A stretch of DNA of 64,000 nt from an uncultured candidatus Porisulfidus sp. (lineage in GTDB: Bacteria; Pseudomonadota; Gammaproteobacteria; Poriferisulfidales; Oxydemutatoraceae), in assembly GCA_965215125.1 (NCBI GenBank), contig OZ244052.1:1242468-1306467 (forward strand). The letters run 5' to 3'. Below are positions 11,189-19,264 of this stretch, piece by piece. Every line of letters starts with the position of its first letter. Position 1 is the first letter of the stretch. The translations under genes were made by a program, and so were the position numbers. The notes beneath the pieces are model-generated. The model was not told where the DNA came from, did no database searches, and was given only the letters and a program-made list of their open reading frames with translations.

Positions 11189-11731
11189 ATGGAAAAGATA
11201 ACAGTACAAGAGTTGAAAAAAGAAATTGATGCGGGCACCTCTGCACAAATCGTTGATGTCAGAACGCCCAGCGAATACATTGGCGAGAGGATAGAGCAAG
11301 CGGTATCGGTTCCGTTGATTCATTTTGATCGATTGGCGATGAGTTTGGACAAATCCCGCGATGTTTATGCGATGTGTCGTGGCGGACAACGTGCCTCGGA
11401 GTTTTGTCGCAAATTGGATGCTTTAGGTTATCGTACATTTTGTGTGGAAGGTGGTTTGTCGGCATGGCTTAAACAAGATTTTCCCGTGGTACGTGCCCCG
11501 AGCCAACCGTGGTCGCTTGAACGGCAGACACGGTTTGCAATCGGGTTTATAGTATTCATCGGGGTATTTTTGGCATTGACCGTACATCCTCATTTTATCT
11601 ATTTATCCGGTTTTGTCGGGATCGGGCTGATGTATTCGGGGGTCGCCGATTTTTGTGGAATGTCTTTGTTGTTGGCGAAGATGCCTTGGAATAAAGTACG
11701 AGACGAGCCTATCAAACAGGCTTTGTCGTGA
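11189..11731 (+). CDS. Membrane-anchored rhodanese (YgaP-like: rhodanese plus DUF2892-type C-terminal TM hairpin)
   Basis: Start chosen at the ATG preceded by GGAGAA. Active-site loop AMCRGGQRAS. C-terminal hydrophobic region ending ADFCGMSLLLAKMPWN. Confidence 0.8.
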   Translation: MEKITVQELKKEIDAGTSAQIVDVRTPSEYIGERIEQAVSVPLIHFDRLAMSLDKSRDVYAMCRGGQRASEFCRKLDALGYRTFCVEGGLSAWLKQDFPVVRAPSQPWSLERQTRFAIGFIVFIGVFLALTVHPHFIYLSGFVGIGLMYSGVADFCGMSLLLAKMPWNKVRDEPIKQALS

Positions 11732-12294
11732 AGTACTGCAGTGCATGTGGGTCCGATAATTTAGTTCATAAACTGCCGAGAGGCGACACCAAAGAACGCA
11801 TCGTATGCAATAACTGCGGTCATATTTTCTATCATAATCCTAAAATAGTAACGGGTTGCATACTTGAATGGCAACAACGGATTCTGTTATGCAAGCGTGC
11901 AATAGAGCCGCGAGTCAATTTTTGGACGGTACCCGCCGGTTTTCTGGAAAACGGCGAGTCGGTTATCGAAGCGGCTGCCCGCGAAGCCGAGGAGGAAGCG
12001 TGTGCGGAAAGCGAAGGTTTGGTTATGCACAGTTTTTATAACATCAGGCATGTCAACCAAGTTTATATACTCTACCGCGGCATTCTAAAGGACGGACGCT
12101 ACGGTGTCGGACAAGAAAGCAACGATGCCATGTTATGTGCCGAAGCCGAGATACCCTGGGATCAAATCGCTTTTCCGGTAATAAAGGAAGGATTGAGGCT
12201 TTATTTTAAGGACCGTAGCCATAAAACTTATGGTTACCACGAAGGCGATATCTATAGGGACGGCGACGGGAAAATACAGATCACTCGTTATTGA
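11728..12294 (+). CDS. NUDIX hydrolase with N-terminal zinc ribbon
   Basis: CSACG...CNNCG zinc ribbon. Nudix box GFLENGESVIEAAAREAEEEA. Confidence 0.8.
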   Translation: MKYCSACGSDNLVHKLPRGDTKERIVCNNCGHIFYHNPKIVTGCILEWQQRILLCKRAIEPRVNFWTVPAGFLENGESVIEAAAREAEEEACAESEGLVMHSFYNIRHVNQVYILYRGILKDGRYGVGQESNDAMLCAEAEIPWDQIAFPVIKEGLRLYFKDRSHKTYGYHEGDIYRDGDGKIQITRY

Positions 12295-12608
12295 GACTCG
12301 TTTGCGGAGCCGCCCAAACAAGGCGGCGATTCGGGTACGCGTGCTTTTTTAGCCTGCCACTCATCGGGGCTTAGTGTGTGTAATGCCAACGCATGCATGC
12401 CGTCTTCCATCAACTCGGAAAGTGCGGCATATACCGCTTGATGACGTTTGACTAATCCCAGCTGTTCAAATTCGGTTGCTACAATGGTCACCTTAAAATG
12501 AGACTCGGAACCGGACGGCACATTGTGTTGTCCGCTCTCGTCCACGACTTCAAGATAATCCGGTGCGAAACTTTGGGTTAATTTATCCGCGATCTGCTGT
12601 TGCTTCAT
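12288..12608 (-). CDS. BolA family protein
   Basis: LEVVDESGQHNVPSGSESHFKVTIVATEF...RHQAVYAAL is a typical BolA/YrbA fold signature. Confidence 0.8.
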   Translation of the reverse strand: MKQQQIADKLTQSFAPDYLEVVDESGQHNVPSGSESHFKVTIVATEFEQLGLVKRHQAVYAALSELMEDGMHALALHTLSPDEWQAKKARVPESPPCLGGSANESQ

Positions 12609-12618
12609 TACATTAAAA

Positions 12619-13431
12619 CTATCTGCTTGATTGTGTCGGTTCTATTATAACGTCCCCATAAAAATTACGGCTATTATTAATAGTTTGGGTGATCAAATCG
12701 TCGATTCCGATATTGCGTCTTTGTGCAATATGTTGTGCGATGTGCGGGAGGAATGAAGGTTCGTTCGGTTTGCTATAAAAGTGTTTTCCCAGCGTGCGAG
12801 GTATTAGATAAGGCGCATCGGTTTCCAGCAACAAACGGTTTTCGGGTATCGCTGCAACTGCGGTGCGCAAGTCTTCTGCCCGTCGCTCGTCGCAAATCCA
12901 CCCGGTTACACCGATATATAAATCCATGGTCGTATAATCGTCCAGCATAGACCGATTGCCGGTAAAACAATGCACGACCGCATTGCTAAGATATTTACGG
13001 TGGGGTTTCAGTATCTCTATAAAATCTTCGTGGGCATTGCGTTGATGCATGAACAGAGGCAGCCCGGTATCGACTGCCAACTCAATTTGTTTTTCAAAAA
13101 CGAATCGCTGTGTTTTAGGTGTAGACAAGTTTCTATAATAGTCAAGGCCGGCCTCTCCGATTGCTATGGCTTTAACATCGGCAGCTAGCCTTTTGAGGGT
13201 GGTGTAGCTTGCATCGGTCCATCGGTCGGCATGGTGGGGATGTATGCCCACATTTGCCCAAAGCACGTTGGCATGTTGATGTGCCAATTTCAATGCTACG
13301 GCACTGTCCTCTACATCGGAGCCGGGGACAATCATAGCCTGCACACCGGCTTGCCTTGCGCGTTTCAACACATCGAGTAATTGCGCGTTCAACGCAGTGT
13401 GGCTAAGGTTGCAGCAAATATCAATCATCAC
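12619..13431 (-). CDS. TatD-family metal-dependent hydrolase/DNase
   Basis: MIDICCNL start, GIHPHHA, GEAGLDYY, VVHCFTG and ETDAPYL motifs. Confidence 0.85.
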   Translation of the reverse strand: MMIDICCNLSHTALNAQLLDVLKRARQAGVQAMIVPGSDVEDSAVALKLAHQHANVLWANVGIHPHHADRWTDASYTTLKRLAADVKAIAIGEAGLDYYRNLSTPKTQRFVFEKQIELAVDTGLPLFMHQRNAHEDFIEILKPHRKYLSNAVVHCFTGNRSMLDDYTTMDLYIGVTGWICDERRAEDLRTAVAAIPENRLLLETDAPYLIPRTLGKHFYSKPNEPSFLPHIAQHIAQRRNIGIDDLITQTINNSRNFYGDVIIEPTQSSR

Positions 13432-13447
13432 GGAATAGTCGCTATCG

Positions 13448-14386
13448 TCACAGCATCAATTTGTCCAACTCAAATTGCAACTGCTTTAGACTTTTGCACT
13501 GAATCAGTTTTATCTCTTTGGTTACGTCTCTATAACTATTTCCCGTCGGTGCGTACAAGATAATGTCTATTTTGGGTTCGCGTAGGCGGATTTTGCGAAG
13601 TAGGTTGGGTGCATCGTCGTTGGTTTCGCTGCCGCAGCTCACGAAGATAAGCACCTTAGCCGAGGCTTGGTTGATCAGGTCGGCGATATCTTCTACGGAG
13701 GTTCGGGTATCTAAATAAATAGGATGCCATTTATACGCCGCTACCAGAGCTAAGGTCTTTAAGCCGCTTAATTCTAGATCGTCCTCCAACGAACAAACCA
13801 CCGCTGTGAATCGCTCTTTTTCTCTGCGGGTGCCTAACATAATCAGATATGTTTTGATTAGGTTATTAAAAATCTTGCGGTGTCCATCCAACAGATTACC
13901 TCTGCGACATTCGTCGCGTATATGAGTGAGTAGGGGCGTTAATAGATCTTCTACCATAAACACCGTGCCTAGAGATTTCTCGGCTTTCGTTAAAGTTTGA
14001 AATAAGGTGTGTGAGTCAAAATCCTTGATTGCGGTGATACAAGACTCTATATAATCCGACACCAAAAAAGTACTCTGTCTTTGATGTCGGGTGACGATAG
14101 GTTCGTTGGTGCCTTCGTCCTGCTCGATCATGTCAACCAATTTGGCATCGGATAGTTGCACGATGTCACTAATACGCCGCCCGCCTCTGCAGGCCTTAGC
14201 CAATAAAATGAGACGTTGAATATCCGCATCGCTATAGACGCGTTGTCCGCTTTCGGTGCGTTGAGGTGAGATGGCACGATAACGAGTCTCCCATGCGCGT
14301 ATGACTTCGGGACTCAACCCGCAGTAGCGGGCGACGACACCTATCGTGTGTATAGATGTTTTTTTCTGCTGAATCATTTTGTACAA
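13448..14386 (-). CDS. MerR-family regulator with C-terminal cobalamin-binding-like domain (CarH/LitR-like, His ligand apparently absent)
   Basis: N-terminal MerR HTH (IGVVARYCGLSPEVIRAWETRY...SGQRVYSDADIQRL). C-terminal Rossmann-like segment VVCSLEDDLELSGLKTLALVAAYKWHPIYLD, where the canonical DxHxxG reads DLELSG. Confidence 0.6.
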   Translation of the reverse strand: MYKMIQQKKTSIHTIGVVARYCGLSPEVIRAWETRYRAISPQRTESGQRVYSDADIQRLILLAKACRGGRRISDIVQLSDAKLVDMIEQDEGTNEPIVTRHQRQSTFLVSDYIESCITAIKDFDSHTLFQTLTKAEKSLGTVFMVEDLLTPLLTHIRDECRRGNLLDGHRKIFNNLIKTYLIMLGTRREKERFTAVVCSLEDDLELSGLKTLALVAAYKWHPIYLDTRTSVEDIADLINQASAKVLIFVSCGSETNDDAPNLLRKIRLREPKIDIILYAPTGNSYRDVTKEIKLIQCKSLKQLQFELDKLML

Positions 14387-14427
14387 GTATTATTCATGCT
14401 AATTATGCCTTTATTTGGGTAATCATA

Positions 14428-14440
14428 GCAATTAAATTGC
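14428..14440. promoter_or_regulatory. Palindrome GCAATTAAATTGC in the divergent merR-like/alkB-like intergenic region
   Basis: Perfect 6-1-6 palindrome, related to a second palindrome at 14509-14521. Confidence 0.25.
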
Positions 14441-14508
14441 TCTTGTATTGTACAAAACGCCAAAAAAAAACTTTTTTTCTTTGCAAAAAGCTATATTATT
14501 TTGTCTAT

Positions 14509-14521
14509 GAGCAATTTGCTC
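14509..14521. promoter_or_regulatory. Palindrome GAGCAATTTGCTC ~47 nt upstream of the alkB-like start
   Basis: Perfect 6-1-6 palindrome sharing the GCAAT/ATTGC half-sites with 14428-14440. TTGCAA (14481-14486) and TATGAG lie 19 nt apart just upstream, a MerR-like long spacer. Confidence 0.25.
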
Positions 14522-14567
14522 TAGTCATGAAAATAGATTTTTTAACATTTAACGAGGAGATATAATT

Positions 14568-15710
14568 ATGAATAAATTTATGATAAATGCTCGCTACATG
14601 TTGGCACCTGCCACAATACTGCTCGCTATGTGGGGCGTCTTTATCGGCGGCCCGTGGGTATGGTTGGGTGTCTATATGCTAGGTGCAGGTATTCTTATAG
14701 ACACGCTAGTCCCTAAGAAAACAATGGGCGCGGGTTTTGACGAAAACGGCGATACCAACGGTATTCCGAATTTCCAAAACGGTATCATGTATTTCATGCT
14801 AGCGGTGTTTGTGTTACTGCAAATAAACTTGGCATGGCGGATTTACGAATATGCTACGGGTGTTCCTTTGGGGACGACCGAGATGTTCGGTATCACCGTC
14901 TACCAAGGCATCACCGGGCTGCAATTAGTCGGTGCGACGATCTCGTCCGGAATCTTTGCCGGGATAGGCATTATATATGGACACGAATTGGCGCACACCA
15001 AAGGCTTCAGCTTCGTGATTGCACGCTGGATGATGGCACTGAGCGGTTCTTCTCATTTTTGCTATGCGCATGTCTACAATCACCACCTGGAGCTAGGTTG
15101 CTCGGACGATCCGGCAACCGCACCGCGTGGTCGTAGTCTATTCGGTCATCTTCCGTTGTCTTATCTGGGACAATCAAAGTTCCTTTACGGCATGGAAAAA
15201 GATCGTTTAGCACGCAAAGGTGTGCCGTTCTTATCGTGGCAGAACCGCTGGCTTAGAGGTTATGCAATGAGCTTGCCGTCTCTATTCCTGTTTTGGTTGG
15301 CAGGCGGATGGCTTGGTGTTGCGTGTCTTGCGCTGGTTTGGTTAATTTCCAATTTTGAATTGGAAGCACTGAACTATCTAGAGCATTACGGCTTGATTCG
15401 TGAGAAAGGTCAGCCTATAGACTACCGTCATTCGTGGGATAACTCTACTGCTTTGACCAGTTGGTATTTCATAGAAATCGGTCGTCAGGCGGATCACCAC
15501 GATCGTGGTGAGACACACTTTTGGGAACTCGACGAAGTCGGCGCACCCAACACCAACTGCGGTTATTTTATGTTGTTTGCCATCGCATTGTTCCCGATGT
15601 TGTTCCATAAATTGATGGAAACCGAACTCAAGAAATGGGACGACAACGAAGCCGTAGAAGGCGAGCGTCAAATTGCCGATGCAATGAATCAACATGCGGG
15701 TTATGCTTAA
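14568..15710 (+). CDS. AlkB-type integral-membrane di-iron hydroxylase (alkane 1-monooxygenase/fatty-acid desaturase superfamily)
   Basis: Histidine boxes HELAHT, HVYNHH and ADHHDRG, plus the AlkB-family NYLEHYGL motif. Several TM segments. Confidence 0.75.
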   Translation: MNKFMINARYMLAPATILLAMWGVFIGGPWVWLGVYMLGAGILIDTLVPKKTMGAGFDENGDTNGIPNFQNGIMYFMLAVFVLLQINLAWRIYEYATGVPLGTTEMFGITVYQGITGLQLVGATISSGIFAGIGIIYGHELAHTKGFSFVIARWMMALSGSSHFCYAHVYNHHLELGCSDDPATAPRGRSLFGHLPLSYLGQSKFLYGMEKDRLARKGVPFLSWQNRWLRGYAMSLPSLFLFWLAGGWLGVACLALVWLISNFELEALNYLEHYGLIREKGQPIDYRHSWDNSTALTSWYFIEIGRQADHHDRGETHFWELDEVGAPNTNCGYFMLFAIALFPMLFHKLMETELKKWDDNEAVEGERQIADAMNQHAGYA

Positions 15711-15737
15711 TTTATAAGTATTTATTTGTATGTTAGG

Positions 15738-15773
15738 AAGCCGCCGATGCGAGCGCGTCGGCGGCTTTTTTTA
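15738..15773 (+). terminator. Rho-independent terminator after the alkB-like gene
   Basis: GAAGCCGCCGA-9 nt-TCGGCGGCTTC-type GC stem followed by T7. Confidence 0.75.
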
Positions 15774-15792
15774 TTGGGTTATAATCGTTGTC

Positions 15793-16485
15793 GTGAGTAG
15801 TGACCTAATAGATCAAATCATATCGGGTAGCGATGAGAGGCAAACCCGTGCCGGCTTGGAAAATCACTTGCGAGAGATCGAACGAAATCTCGCACGGTTG
15901 CCTGCCGCTGCTATGAATGAACGGCAAATGCTCTCGCTTGAGAAAGCTGGGGTTTTAGTAGAACTGGAGGACAAACCACAAGCGTGGAAACTCGCCCGCA
16001 CCGGCTTTGATTATTTTTTGGAAACCGATCAGTGGCAATTCGCAGTGGAAGCGTGCGAACTTGTCTACCGTTGCGACTGCGAGGATTCAATTCCGGCATT
16101 GGGTATGGCGTGCTGGCTTGCGATTACCTACCCGATTGACCCGATTTTATCAATTCGTGTTCTGCACTATGTCATAGACGAAACCCCGGATGACTCGGAC
16201 GGCGGTGCCGTGGCAGCGGTCGTTGCGCATTATGTTGCCGATTTGCGAGTATCCGGCGAACAGCGAGATAGCTTGTTGTTTATAACCAAACAGAAGATTG
16301 CCGATGTCGCTCGTCGTCATCGTAATATCACCGACGAGGAAAGCATCAATATCTGGATGGAGATCTTGGGACTCAAAGATGCCGAGGAATTTTTACCGGC
16401 AATGGCAAAAGTAATAGATGTTATTACCGGCGACACATGGTGGTTTGATAGAGAACGGTTGCGCGCCCGACTACCGTTCAATTGA
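15793..16485 (+). CDS. Hypothetical protein (function unknown)
   Basis: The long ORF is trimmed to the GTG at 15793, because the annotated 5' extension is the terminator hairpin of the upstream gene. No motif recognised. Confidence 0.5.
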   Translation: MSSDLIDQIISGSDERQTRAGLENHLREIERNLARLPAAAMNERQMLSLEKAGVLVELEDKPQAWKLARTGFDYFLETDQWQFAVEACELVYRCDCEDSIPALGMACWLAITYPIDPILSIRVLHYVIDETPDDSDGGAVAAVVAHYVADLRVSGEQRDSLLFITKQKIADVARRHRNITDEESINIWMEILGLKDAEEFLPAMAKVIDVITGDTWWFDRERLRARLPFN

Positions 16486-16499
16486 TATGTCGTAGCAAG

Positions 16500-17570
16500 A
16501 TGTCAGAACATCGGTGTATTATTCATTTTGATATGGATGCTTTTTTCGCATCTATAGAACAACGCGATTTTCCCGAATATGTCGGCAAACCTATCGTGGT
16601 CGGCGGCAAGCCGGGCGAGCGTGGCGTAGTAGCAACATGTAGTTATGAGGCGCGCCCTTTCGGTGTACATTCGGCAATGCCGTCGTCAACCGCCGCCCGT
16701 TTGTGTCCGCAAGCAATTTTTGTAAAACCTCGTTTTGAAGTTTATAGGCAGGTCTCCGCACAAATACGAGAAATCTTTCATTGCTACACCGATATTGTAG
16801 AAATGCTATCGCTGGACGAAGCTTATTTAGATGTCGGCAACTCGGTAGCGGATATCAACGCTGCCGGTAATCTTGCCTACCGGGTTAAAAAACAAGTGCT
16901 CGACGAGACTCAACTCACCGTATCGGCAGGTGTTTCTTATAATAAGTTTTTGGCTAAAATCGCATCGGATATGGATAAGCCGGACGGCTGCTACCTCGTC
17001 GCTCCCGATAACGGTTTGGATTTTGTTGCCCGTCTGCCGATCGGTCGTTTTCACGGCATAGGCAAGGTTACGCAAAAGCGTATGCAGGAGATGGGAATCG
17101 AAAACGGCTCGGACCTTAGACGATGCACGCGTGAGTTACTGGTTGCAACCTTCGGCAAAGCAGGCCATTATTATTACGATGCCGCACGCGGCGTAGACCA
17201 CAGAGAAGTGGTTCCGGAGCGTCCGCGTAAATCTATAGGGGCAGAGACTACCTTTAGAAGCGACCTCGTGAAAGAAAAAGTTATTCAAGAGGAGTTAAAA
17301 CAGTATGCAACCAAGGTTGCCCGCATACTTGCGGCGCGCAACTTGAGCGGAAGAACGGTCACCTTAAAAGTCAAATATGCGAATTTTCAGCAAATCACCC
17401 GTAGCCATACCCTAGATCATCCGTTGAGCGGTTTGAAAGAAATGTGGTCTGTATTACACGGGCTACTGCAAAAAACGGAAATCGGCAAACGACCGATACG
17501 CTTGCTCGGAGTCGCAGTGTCTAATTTGTGTGCTTCCGGCTCGTTGCGTCAAGAACAACTAAAGTTTTAA
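16500..17570 (+). CDS. dinB: DNA polymerase IV
   Basis: IIHFDMDAFFASIEQRD, SLDEAYLDV and SAGVSYNKFLAKIASD are Y-family polymerase motifs. Start placed at the ATG giving MSEHRCIIHFD. Confidence 0.92.
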   Translation: MSEHRCIIHFDMDAFFASIEQRDFPEYVGKPIVVGGKPGERGVVATCSYEARPFGVHSAMPSSTAARLCPQAIFVKPRFEVYRQVSAQIREIFHCYTDIVEMLSLDEAYLDVGNSVADINAAGNLAYRVKKQVLDETQLTVSAGVSYNKFLAKIASDMDKPDGCYLVAPDNGLDFVARLPIGRFHGIGKVTQKRMQEMGIENGSDLRRCTRELLVATFGKAGHYYYDAARGVDHREVVPERPRKSIGAETTFRSDLVKEKVIQEELKQYATKVARILAARNLSGRTVTLKVKYANFQQITRSHTLDHPLSGLKEMWSVLHGLLQKTEIGKRPIRLLGVAVSNLCASGSLRQEQLKF

Positions 17571-17763
17571 CCACTTATCCCTCTGTAGGTGGTTTGCGTA
17601 ATTATGTGGCGCAAGACGGTTGATGATATTCCTCCAAAAATGGACAAAAAAGCCGTGTTATCTATCGGCCTGTCGAATAATCAAGAGAGTAATGAGCAAT
17701 AAAGATATCATGGCTTTACCGGCGCATGCTTGTATTATAAAAGACGGTTCTGTGTCAATTCCC

Positions 17764-18681
17764 TTAAGTGTGCCAATCGTATCCCGAGAAAAAATCATAT
17801 TTTTCAGTAAGCGATGCTATAGCCTGTTTTTCGTCTTCTGTCCAATCACATTCATAACGACTCTTATGAGGTTTTTTATTAACTACAGAGGCGCAGTCAT
17901 CTAGATAATCGGGAGAGGCGGGTACTTGTAAAAAATCACAAATTTTAGCTAATTCTGAGCGAGGATCTGCAACCATATTTTCATGCCTCGCTATAAATAT
18001 ATCTCTAGAATCAGTTTGTTTAAGTAACTTTTCACTTTTTTTAGACAACCTCAACAAAGTACCTATCGTATCAGAACCACTAAATCTTGTCCTTGTAGCA
18101 TACATATCGTAAGGGTTGCGAACCGTAAGAATTAATTTCATTGCAATGTTTCTTTTCTTAAGGGTATTTTTGAGCATTTCCAGTGTGGGATTATTATTTA
18201 GAAACTTCATATTTCTTACAGAAGCTTTATTCCCTATAATATTCAGTTGTTTGAAAGAACCTTGATGCTGATTAAGAATTAATATAGCACCCGCTATTCT
18301 AGCTCGTCTGAGAACAACTTTCGTCCGATTGCGGCTTGACAATTTTTTTTTGACTTTAGCCAAACGCAATTTTTCAAGCCACAGATTATAATCAGAGTTC
18401 AAAATATAACAAAATATTCCGTCTAGATTGGTTTTTAGTTTGATTTTTTTGTCAATATAGGGAGCTTCGTCGGCAATGACTATATTAGAATGTGCCGTTA
18501 GCAAATAACCGAGTAATGAAGAACCAGCTCGAGGGAAGCCTATTGTAAGCAACATTATCTGCACATCTCTCAAAGAGTTTTTCAAAACTACTTTTTTAGG
18601 AAAAGCGAGGAAATCATATATGTATATATTATATAAATACCGCTTTTTTTTTATATTAATAGCGTTGTTAAGAAATCGCAT
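17764..18681 (-). CDS. Sulfotransferase family protein
   Basis: PAPS 5'-phosphosulfate-binding loop GFPRAGSSLLGYLL and 3'-phosphate motif VRNPYDMY. Very AT-rich. The true start may be the internal ATG at 18555 (MLLTIGFPRAGSS). Confidence 0.7.
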   Translation of the reverse strand: MRFLNNAINIKKKRYLYNIYIYDFLAFPKKVVLKNSLRDVQIMLLTIGFPRAGSSLLGYLLTAHSNIVIADEAPYIDKKIKLKTNLDGIFCYILNSDYNLWLEKLRLAKVKKKLSSRNRTKVVLRRARIAGAILILNQHQGSFKQLNIIGNKASVRNMKFLNNNPTLEMLKNTLKKRNIAMKLILTVRNPYDMYATRTRFSGSDTIGTLLRLSKKSEKLLKQTDSRDIFIARHENMVADPRSELAKICDFLQVPASPDYLDDCASVVNKKPHKSRYECDWTEDEKQAIASLTEKYDFFSGYDWHT

Positions 18682-18698
18682 CTGTCAACTATTTTACT

Positions 18699-18950
18699 TT
18701 AGGTTACTTTGAAGGTGGTATACATTCGCTCTCTATTAAATACTGAAGGCTCTCGGATTATATCAAAGGTATCACCGTTCACCAACACCTCCATAGGCTT
18801 GGGTCTAGTATTGTAGTTTCCGGACATACTAACGCCGTAAGCACCGGTTGATAGTGCGGCGAGTAAATCGTTTGGGTGTAAAACTAACCGGCACCGATAG
18901 CCCAAAACATCTGCGCTTTCGCATACCGGCCCCATGATATCATAGTCTTT
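18699..18950 (-). pseudogene. Orphan 3' fragment of a diaminopimelate decarboxylase gene
   Basis: KDYDIMGPVCESADVLGYRCRLVLHPNDLLAALSTGAYGVSMSGNYNTRPKPMEVLV is the conserved C-terminal ~80 aa of LysA. An in-frame TAA lies immediately upstream and no N-terminal part is present. Confidence 0.8.
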
Positions 18951-19003
18951 ATGTGTACTTTGTGTGCTTTAACCGGCACGATGTCGTGCTACGTCTGATA
19001 TAA

Positions 19004-19086
19004 CGAAAGGCGTAACAGGTCGTTCAACGCCACTTGCGCTACTGCAACAAGTGGCGATTCTGTGTGCTAAAATCCCTTTCGGGTAG
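19004..19086 (+). repeat. Copy A of a two-copy structured intergenic element (9-bp-stem hairpin with conserved loop GCTACTGCA)
   Basis: Aligns with the minus strand of 45813-45922: CGAAAGGC..ACGCC-stem-GCTACTGCAAC-stem-GGCG.TTCT...ATCCCTT. Ends 10 nt before tRNA-Thr. Confidence 0.6.
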
Positions 19087-19096
19087 TTTTCTTTAT

Positions 19097-19169
<73 letters not shown>

Positions 19170-19180
19170 CCGGTTCAAGC

Positions 19181-19256
19181 GCGCCCGTAGCTCAGTGGAT
19201 AGAGCGCTGCCCTCCGGAGGCAGAAGTCGCAGGTTCGAATCCTGCCGGGCGCGCCA
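19181..19256 (+). tRNA. tRNA-Arg (anticodon CCG)
   Basis: Manual cloverleaf: GCGCCCG/TA/GCTC-AGTGGATA-GAGC/G/CTGCC-CTCCGGA-GGCAG/AAGTC/GCAGG-TTCGAAT-CCTGC/CGGGCGC/G-CCA. Confidence 0.92.
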
Positions 19257-19264
19257 TTCAGACA

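Noticed and set aside
15730-15792. 5' extension of the 251-aa ORF (MLGSRRCERVGGFFYWVIIVVV)
   Set aside because: This stretch is the GC-rich stem and T-tract of the rho-independent terminator of the upstream alkB-like gene. The CDS was trimmed to the GTG at 15793.
17620-17904. 94-aa plus-strand ORF between dinB and the sulfotransferase gene
   Set aside because: It overlaps the 3' end of the minus-strand sulfotransferase gene. It is AT-rich low-complexity sequence with no ribosome-binding site or motif.
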